From Psychrobacter cryohalolentis K5 (GTDB lineage: Bacteria > Pseudomonadota > Gammaproteobacteria > Pseudomonadales > Moraxellaceae), in contig NC_007968.1 of NCBI RefSeq assembly GCF_000013905.1, positions 9,222 to 41,221 of the forward strand: a DNA stretch of 32,000 nt, read 5' to 3'. This document shows positions 25,341 to 32,000 of this stretch, in pieces (position 1 is the stretch's first letter; the number at the start of each line of letters is the position of its first letter). The position numbers and the translations under genes were made by a program. The notes under the pieces were generated by a model. It saw only the letters and a list, made by a program, of their open reading frames with translations, searched no databases and had not been told where the DNA came from.

Positions 25341-25711
25341 ATAGAAGTGTAATTTTGAACATAAAATGGTGATACCTTCAGTATAAAGACGTTTAGAGTT
25401 ATCTAAGCCCCAAAAGTAGATTTCTCTTGATAAACTAGTGTTCACTAAATTGATTATATGTTTGCGATATTAAATAGTAAGTGCCTTCATCTATTTTTAT
25501 AACTTAATGACAAACGATAAAAAGAAGTAAAGGCTAATAAAAGAAGGATTTTAAGGTTATAGTTATATGAAAGCATGAGGGGTAATCTATGAGAGATAAA
25601 AGACTCATCATACGGGCAGTAGCAGTCTTTATTTTAATTATTGGACTAACAACTATAGTTATAATTCAATTCAAATTAATGTCACTCAGCATGTTTTATA
25701 GTCTTTTTTAA

Positions 25712-26575
25712 TTAGGGACTGTATAGAATTCACTAATTGAAAAAAATAAGCAACGCCTTACCCTCTTGTTTACCACAGCAAAGAAAAAAGGCGTCACTTA
25801 TGGCTCGCCCTACGCTCACTAATGAGTACTGGCACAAGCTGTCTAATATATTGCGACAAATCAACATATATACCAAGCCCAATCTAAGACTCACCGTTGA
25901 AGCGATGTTATATCGCATACGATTGAGCTGTCCATGGCGTGACTTACTGCCCTGTTTTGGCAATTGGTCTAGCGTTTATCACCAATACCGCTATTGACGT
26001 AAAACAGGTAAGTGGCAAAAACTTATGGCAATCGTAACAGTAGACTATGATAGCGAATGGTTATTTATAGGTGGCAGTATGGTCAAAGCCTATCAGCATA
26101 GTACAGGTGCAGCCAGTTGTCGTGATGAAGCTATAGTAGGAGCGTGGCCGATCATAGCAGCAAGCTGCACTTAGTGGTTGATGTTTGCGGTAACCCTATC
26201 TATGTTCAGCTGACAGGCGAACAGGTACATGACTCTAAGGTAGTCAATATATTAATTAAAAGCACGACTAAGAAACAGACTCAGACGGTAGTAGCAGGCA
26301 GAGGCTATGATAGTAGCGACATTAGAGCGTGTGACTTTAAGCAGTGTGCTGAGTCGGTCATACCGGTTAAGTCTAACTTTAAAAGCAATAACGATACCTT
26401 GGATTGATATTTATATCGCTGCCGCTATTTGGTAGAAAATGCTTTTGCTAGGTTGAAGCATTTTAGAGGCATCGCCACTTGTTATGATAAGCTTAAAGAC
26501 AGTTACGGGGCTGCGATCATACTAGCTTGTGTTTTTATTTGGTTGCCTTTGATTTGAATTCTATATTGCCCCCAA
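25712..26575 (+). mobile_element. IS5-family (IS427-group-like) element, degenerate
   Basis: IRL is TTAGGGACTGTATAGAATTC (25712-25731). The right end GAATTCTATATTGCCCCCAA (26556-26575) matches it in only 16/20 positions. Length is about 864 bp. Confidence 0.75.
25800..26557 (+). pseudogene. IS427-like transposase pseudogene
   Basis: MARPTLTNEYWHKL...CPWRDL...VYHQYRY, then TGA (25995-25997) where the family has Trp. Homology continues (RKTGKWQKL...SEWLFIGGSMVKAYQHS). There is a frame change near 26140 and a second in-frame TGA at 26405-26407, followed by YLVENAFARLKHFRGIATCYDKLK. Confidence 0.8.
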
Positions 26576-26758
26576 TCTAAGTTGTAATAAACCCAAGTTA
26601 TTAGTCCATAAAGTAATTGCTCAAGGGGTTGTTCTAAAGTGCTGAATGTCATGAGAGATTCCATGGCATTTTCGACTGCGTTTATTTCAATAAAAACCGC
26701 TAAGAAGTGGTCTGAAATAAGTTGACCATAACAAATAATTGTTTTGTATTCTACTGCT

Positions 26759-27562
26759 ATGAAGAAGAGATATCTTGTATTTACCGATTTAGATGGAACA
26801 CTACTCAATCACCAGGATTATAGTTTCGCTCCTGCAAAAGAGGCCTTAGCACTTTTAAAATATCGCTCAATTCCTCTCATTATTGCTACGAGCAAAACCT
26901 TTAGTGAAGTAGTAGTGCTTCAAAAAGAGTTAGGCATGCGGCAGCCTTTTATTGTTGAGAATGGTGCTGGGATATTTGTGCCCTCAGAGAGTGTACTTGC
27001 AAGAGAGATGGCATTTAAAGAGGAGTGGATAAAATTCTCTAAGGCGCACTCCTACACAGAACTGAGACTTTTTTTCACACACATGAAACGGAGCTACTCT
27101 ATAAAAGGTTTTGGAGATATGAGTGTTGATGAAGTAATACAGCATACAGGTTTGCCAAGAGAAGAGAGCCTAAATGCCATGAAACGTGACTTTAGTGAGC
27201 CTTTTTTGATGCAAGACGAAAGAGAGCTTGAGGCTCTTAAAAAAGAGGCAAATGAAGAGGGCTTTGATATAGTAAAAGGGGGAAGATTTTATCACCTTGT
27301 CTCACTCCTACAAGACAAAGCAAATGCCATGCTGACACTTGCTCACATGTATGAAGAGTATTACAACCAAAAGTGCACCAAGATAGCCCTTGGTGATAGT
27401 GCAAATGACTTTACTATGATAAAAAAAGCAGATATTGGTGTTTTAGTTCCCCTCTATGATGGCTCTTTTAGTGCCATAGGAAACGCAGATATAAAAAGAG
27501 CAGACTACCCAGGACCAAAAGGTTGGAATAGCTCTATACTGGAGATATTTGATGGACTCTAA
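26759..27562 (+). CDS. HAD-IIB phosphatase, mannosyl/glucosyl-3-phosphoglycerate phosphatase family
   Basis: LVFTDLDGTLL (HAD motif I), ATSKT, GDSANDFTM. Overall similarity to YedP/MpgP as I remember it. Confidence 0.75.
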   Translation: MKKRYLVFTDLDGTLLNHQDYSFAPAKEALALLKYRSIPLIIATSKTFSEVVVLQKELGMRQPFIVENGAGIFVPSESVLAREMAFKEEWIKFSKAHSYTELRLFFTHMKRSYSIKGFGDMSVDEVIQHTGLPREESLNAMKRDFSEPFLMQDERELEALKKEANEEGFDIVKGGRFYHLVSLLQDKANAMLTLAHMYEEYYNQKCTKIALGDSANDFTMIKKADIGVLVPLYDGSFSAIGNADIKRADYPGPKGWNSSILEIFDGL

Positions 27563-27860
27563 AGTGCTTGCAAGAGAGATATTTGCCGATGCACTTGAGG
27601 CGTCTTTGCTAAAAAAATTCGTCTCAAAATATGGCTAGCTTAAAGAAAATATTTTAAGTGTAGATAGCAAGAAATATGGTAACCCCTCTAAACATAAGAC
27701 TGTAGTGGCACAAATATGATAGATGTAGCGATAATAATAAAAGGTAACCGTGAAGGTTAGAGTGCCGCGCTTCGCTCGCAATGACACTTGCTGTCACTGC
27801 GAGGTTTTGAAAAATCATGGCAGTCTAGTTATATGAGATAACATCAAAAGGGAGAATAAG

Positions 27861-29072
27861 ATGTCAGATTTTTTTCAAAACGGCGTTATAACAACACTAC
27901 AAAATGTGGGAAATCGCTCCTTAGAAAGCATAGAAGAAGAATTATTGCACTTTTCAAAACGCAGAAATATGGTGCTTTTGCTTCCCGCTCTCTACTCAGA
28001 GTTTGAAACGCCAGCGATGCAGACTATTATTGATGAGCTTAAAAACGTGAAGTATCTCTATAAAATTATACTTGGACTCGACTGTGCAACTGAGGAGCAG
28101 TTTTTAGAAGTAAAGAAGCGTATGAGCATTTTGGAGTGTAGTGTTGAGGTACTTTGGAATGATGCTCCAAACATGAAAAAGATATATAAAGAGCTTATAG
28201 ATGAGGGTTTTCCTGGTTTAGACACTCCAGGAAAAGGTCGTAATGTCTGGACGATGATAGGTTATGGTCTCACAGATCAAGATAACTATGCTTTTGCCTT
28301 GCATGATTGTGACATAGTAAACTACTCACGAGCGCTTGTTGCACGGCTTTTTTACCCCATAGTACACCCAGGACTTGATTTTGAGTTTAATAAAGGCTAT
28401 TACTCTCGCGTTACAAACAAGCTCCACGGTCGTGTGACCCGTCTTTTTTATACACCACTCATAAAAGCACTCAAGATTACTTTTGGCTCAAACCACTACT
28501 TGGAGTATATGCAGAATTTTCGTTATGCCCTCTCTGGAGAGTTCGCATTTATCCGCTCTCTTGGTCGTGGTATTGCGATTTCTCCTACTTGGGGGCTTGA
28601 GGTTTCAACACTCTCAGAAGTTTATAACAACACCTCAAGCCGTCGCATCTGTCAAACAGAAATCATGAAGACTTATGAGCATAAACATCAAGACTTAGGC
28701 TCAAAAAGTGAAGGTGATGGCATTTACAAGATGGCAAACGATATAGCTAAAACTCTTTTTAGAATTTTAGCTCAAGAGGGAGTGGTTTTTTCAGAAGCCT
28801 CTTTTAAAACACTCCTTGCTTCATATTACCAGCAGTCGCGTATTGAGATTTCAAAGTACAGTGCACTCAGTAAGATAAATGCCCTTGAGTATAACCGCCA
28901 AAATGAGATAAGTGTAGTCGAAGCTTTTGAAGAGGCTATCAAAGAAGCTGCAGCTGAATTTTGTGAGGATCCAATGGGTGTTGCATCCCTCTCTCCGTGG
29001 ATTACAGTGCGTTCCGTTTTACCTGGCTTTTCCGATAGATTTAGAGCGATGGTAAAAGAGGAGTCAAAATGA
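27861..29072 (+). CDS. Glycosyltransferase, glucosyl/mannosyl-3-phosphoglycerate synthase-like
   Basis: 403 aa. The N-terminal DFFQNGVITTLQNV and the size resemble GpgS-type enzymes. Pairing with the MpgP-like phosphatase supports a glucosyl/mannosyl-glycerate pathway. Confidence 0.6.
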   Translation: MSDFFQNGVITTLQNVGNRSLESIEEELLHFSKRRNMVLLLPALYSEFETPAMQTIIDELKNVKYLYKIILGLDCATEEQFLEVKKRMSILECSVEVLWNDAPNMKKIYKELIDEGFPGLDTPGKGRNVWTMIGYGLTDQDNYAFALHDCDIVNYSRALVARLFYPIVHPGLDFEFNKGYYSRVTNKLHGRVTRLFYTPLIKALKITFGSNHYLEYMQNFRYALSGEFAFIRSLGRGIAISPTWGLEVSTLSEVYNNTSSRRICQTEIMKTYEHKHQDLGSKSEGDGIYKMANDIAKTLFRILAQEGVVFSEASFKTLLASYYQQSRIEISKYSALSKINALEYNRQNEISVVEAFEEAIKEAAAEFCEDPMGVASLSPWITVRSVLPGFSDRFRAMVKEESK

Positions 29073-29267
29073 TAGTTATAACCCCAGTTCGGAATAAGTG
29101 ATTCATTAAGCTGCTGATAGTATTGATATTTTCTATTACTCTTGAAGACCAGCTAAGTCTTTGAAGACAGGCTTCTATATAAACTACTGTCAAAAGCATA
29201 ACTTTATAAGGTCAGATAATAATTATGCAAATAGTATCAACAACTTAAGCGCTAGTCCCGAATTCAG

Positions 29268-29362
29268 GTTATGATAAGCTTAAAGACAGTTACGGGGCTG
29301 CGATCATACTAGCTTGTGTTTTTATTTAGATGCCGCTGATTTGAATTCTATACAGTCCCTAA
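29268..29362 (+). mobile_element. Solo right-end fragment of an IS427-like element (95 bp)
   Basis: 87/95 identical to 26481-26575. Its terminal 20 bp (29343-29362) are the perfect inverted complement of the IRL at 25712-25731. Confidence 0.85.
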
Positions 29363-29627
29363 AGACTTTTCTTATGATTAACGGTCTAATTCAAATCATA
29401 ACTTATACCGTCGTAACAAATCAGCGGACTTAACAATAGCTCAGCAACACTTTAAACATTCGTTGTACAGACAGCCCAATTGTGTCTCTCTATATTAGAT
29501 ATGTCAGCTTGAAGCTTAATAACTGCTGATAGCCCATTCATCAATAAAAAAAATAAAAGATGAATGAGCTTGGTATTGGTATAGATGCGTTGCCTCAAAA
29601 ACTCATAAATGGAAAAGGAAAGCCATA

Positions 29628-29903
29628 ATGGACAATCAAAATGTGAACGAAAAAAGTATGGATGAACAGTATAAAAACAATCAAAAAATGGATAATGATA
29701 TGAATAACCAAACACTAAAAGGCGAATGGAACCAACTCAAAGGTTCAGTAAAACAAAAGTGGGCAGATTTAACAGATGACGATCTAACCCATATCGAAGG
29801 TGACCGTGACAAATTGGTTGGCCGTATCCAAGAGCGATATGGTCATTCACAAGAAGATGCTGAACGAGATGTAGATGAGTGGCGTAATCAAAATAAATAT
29901 TGA
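29628..29903 (+). CDS. CsbD-family stress-response protein
   Basis: LKGEWNQLKGSVKQKWADLTDDDLTHIEGDRDKLVGRIQERYG is the CsbD signature. Confidence 0.85.
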   Translation: MDNQNVNEKSMDEQYKNNQKMDNDMNNQTLKGEWNQLKGSVKQKWADLTDDDLTHIEGDRDKLVGRIQERYGHSQEDAERDVDEWRNQNKY

Positions 29904-29940
29904 TTATTATATCTTCAATAATCATACCCTGAAAATGTAA

Positions 29941-29971
29941 AAAGCCCGTAACTATGGTCACGGGCTTTTTT
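29941..29971. terminator. Bidirectional rho-independent terminator between convergent genes
   Basis: AAAAAGCCCGT...ACGGGCTTTTTT. Confidence 0.8.
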
Positions 29972-30041
29972 AGTCAGTTTAGTTAGGACTTGATCCTTTA
30001 GCTGTTTACTATTGATACTTCGTAGTGGCTTACTGCGATGC

Positions 30042-31037
30042 TTAGGATAACATTGGAAATTGATAGATTTTTGCGTAAATCAACGTGCTAATAAATACGC
30101 CTAACCCGCTCAGCCAGATCATGTATGCATGAGAAGTTGACCACTCGACTTTCCATATGATTTTACTTTTTACGCTTAGCCACTTTGTAATACTAATGCC
30201 AAGTGTCAACCAAAATGCACCTACTAGATAACCGCCCAGTACATCGCTTAGATAATGCTGGTTCAATACAACTCTGCTCAATCCGATCAAGAGGATAAAA
30301 AGAATCGCTATTGTAAATATACGAATTTTTTGAGCAAAATCTTGGTTGAATCGAATCAGTAGGTAAGCGATAAATCCATATAACGCCATAGCGGTCGTCG
30401 CATGACCACTTGGAAACGAATAAGTTTGCACAACTAATAAGCTATTAGCAGGCCTTTCACGCTGAAATAAATATTTCAACAAAGAAGTAAATGCAGTGCT
30501 GCCTAAAGTAGCAATCAGTAACCCTACTATTATATAGCGTTGCTGCTTTACCCAGCAATTCACAGCAACAAACAAAACCACCAAAACGGCAATAGGCGTA
30601 GACGCAAAGCTGGTTATCAGGACGAAAAAACCAACAACGTCGGAATCACGTAGTAAGCTCATCTGTGCCGATATAAAATAATCGATGGAAACAATAGAAT
30701 TCAACGTAGCCACAGCTTCAGCCAATGCAATGAATAACACCAGCATGCAACCTATCACTACCCATAGAAATGTCAGTGACAGCCCATAAAAATCCCGTAA
30801 ATCAAACCGCCGAGACATTATCACATCCAGCTTGGGATACTTACCTCTGAATAGAATGATACGTTTGTTTTTTGCAAGACTCCGTTTTGTCCTCACCCAA
30901 CAGCGGATTGCTTGAGTGAAAAGCTGCTGACCATAACGAATAACCGCGTACTGCAATATCAATAAAACAGTGACCACCAGAAAAATCAGAAAACCTAAGG
31001 CGAACAATGGCTGATTTTCTGATATTAAAGATATCAT
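30042..31037 (-). CDS. PAP2-family membrane phosphatase
   Basis: KYLFQRERP, SFPSGHA and SRVVLNQHYLSDV match the three PAP2 motifs. Multiple TM segments. Confidence 0.88.
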   Translation of the reverse strand: MISLISENQPLFALGFLIFLVVTVLLILQYAVIRYGQQLFTQAIRCWVRTKRSLAKNKRIILFRGKYPKLDVIMSRRFDLRDFYGLSLTFLWVVIGCMLVLFIALAEAVATLNSIVSIDYFISAQMSLLRDSDVVGFFVLITSFASTPIAVLVVLFVAVNCWVKQQRYIIVGLLIATLGSTAFTSLLKYLFQRERPANSLLVVQTYSFPSGHATTAMALYGFIAYLLIRFNQDFAQKIRIFTIAILFILLIGLSRVVLNQHYLSDVLGGYLVGAFWLTLGISITKWLSVKSKIIWKVEWSTSHAYMIWLSGLGVFISTLIYAKIYQFPMLS

Positions 31038-31324
31038 TATTGAACCTTTTCTGAGAGTGTTCTGAACCCTGAGTAATCACTTTCTAGTTAAAGCTCTGGA
31101 TAGAACTTCTGTTTAAGTCACTAAGTCTTAGTTAGTAAACGATATTGAGTGATGCTACACTCAACAATGAAGTGATCTAGTTGTAAAGATATGATGATCT
31201 TAACCTATTAGGCATAGCTGTCTGTCTCAAGTAAATCAACCACCGATATAGTCAGAGCGATTCAAGCTGATCACAACCTTACAGAAACCCTTTAATCTTT
31301 AATGGATTGCGCGCTTTCTGATAC

Positions 31325-31648
31325 TTACTGCACTCCATCTGCTGGTGTTTGATCTAAGTTCGAGTTATTTTCATTGACAGTAACCGTATCATCAGCCTTT
31401 TGGTCATTTTCTACACTGCCATTACTAGAATAGTACGCTGTACCTCCCGCACCTTCTACATCCTCTGTGGAAGCAGGGATTTGATCTTCAGCCTCGGTTG
31501 CTGTTTGCACAGGTGTCATTTCGCTAGATTCTGTATTAGGAGCTGGCTCTTCTGTTTCACTGCTGCAAGCGCTGAGACCAAAGAAACTCACTAAAAACAC
31601 TATCCATAATTTATTTTGAAGCGACTTAGTAGGTACTGATGTTTTCAT
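31325..31648 (-). CDS. Small acidic lipoprotein
   Basis: Signal peptide with lipobox LSAC. The mature part is low-complexity and rich in E/D/T. Confidence 0.65.
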   Translation of the reverse strand: MKTSVPTKSLQNKLWIVFLVSFFGLSACSSETEEPAPNTESSEMTPVQTATEAEDQIPASTEDVEGAGGTAYYSSNGSVENDQKADDTVTVNENNSNLDQTPADGVQ

Positions 31649-32000
31649 TTTAATATCCTTATTATAATTAAGATCGAAATATTTAAAAAAACTCTAGGAA
31701 ACCATCATACAGTCATTGAGCTGAGCCAATTTAAGTACTAACGCAGACCATTTACTCTTTTTATTATTTATTGCTGTCATTCTTTTATGAAACCAAAATA
31801 ACTCTCAACTAACAAGTTAAACCTAACAGACAAATTTAATGTTTTCACGTGGTGAAAGGTAAGAGTTTGTTAGCTTGTGTGCCATATATTTTTTTAAAGA
31901 ACATATGGTTCTTATGAACACCTAAGATTTAAAGTCATAGTACAATCGCCATTGGGTGATATGGGAAAGCCATTTCCAATTCTTCACATGGCACTATAAA

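Noticed and set aside
26503-26808. 101-aa minus-strand ORF between the IS end and the HAD phosphatase
   Set aside because: It overlaps both the IS right end and the start of the phosphatase gene, has no RBS, and shows no recognisable motif. It is probably spurious.
27740-27830. GC-rich hairpin (TCGCAATGACA...TGTCACTGCGA) upstream of the glycosyltransferase, considered as a riboswitch or sRNA
   Set aside because: It is a single imperfect hairpin with no recognisable riboswitch core. It is more likely a donor-genome repetitive element or a terminator remnant carried in with the passenger DNA.
1059-31594. Many 60-95-aa ORFs nested in or antisense to larger genes. Examples: 1059-1268, 1621-1812, 2075-2305, 4179-4409, 4630-5088, 5027-5251, 5963-6148, 6445-6705, 11318-11524, 11777-12046, 12352-12585, 13397-13588, 19764-20015, 20315-20524, 21198-22006, 22785-23069, 24839-25196, 25733-25963, 28483-28668, 29452-29961, 30841-31080 and 31400-31594
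   Set aside because: These are shadow ORFs that overlap well-supported genes with clear family motifs. They have no independent RBS or motif support.

Overview
Mosaic, plasmid-like accessory DNA. GC is roughly 40% by eye, with strongly AT-rich islets. A multi-replicon plasmid of a Moraxellaceae-type host (Psychrobacter/Acinetobacter-like) fits best, but that is inference only.

Maintenance and transfer:
- Two complete replicons: a ColE2-type primase-Rep with a recognisable ori just downstream of it, and a Rep_3 initiator behind five perfect 22-bp iterons.
- A ParA/RHH partition cassette and a StbB-like P-loop gene.
- An orphan centromere-like array of 11-bp phased repeats.
- An oriT-like cluster of four perfect hairpins with an RHH accessory gene but no relaxase.

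Toxin-antitoxin loci, recombinases and IS elements:
- TA loci: HigB/HigA-like, and a chimeric DinJ - brnT (pseudogene) - BrnA string.
- Two serine recombinases, one of them dead, and a class II Fic protein.
- Three IS elements: an IS982-family element with an 8-bp TSD, an IS5-family element with an A8 frameshift site, and a degenerate IS427-like element.

Cargo: a MerR regulator with a membrane protein, a Zn-dependent alcohol/formaldehyde dehydrogenase, an IS-bounded glucosyl/mannosyl-glycerate synthesis pair, CsbD, a PAP2 phosphatase and a lipoprotein.

The most interesting part is a defence cluster wrapped around the Rep_3 replicon:
- an AT-rich ABC-ATPase + DUF4435/TOPRIM pair (PARIS-like);
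- an overlapping DUF262 + HEPN (R-x4-H) gene pair that I do not recognise as a named, experimentally characterised system;
- a PstI/BsuBI-type type II R-M system.

All family assignments come from reading motifs by eye. No database search was run.
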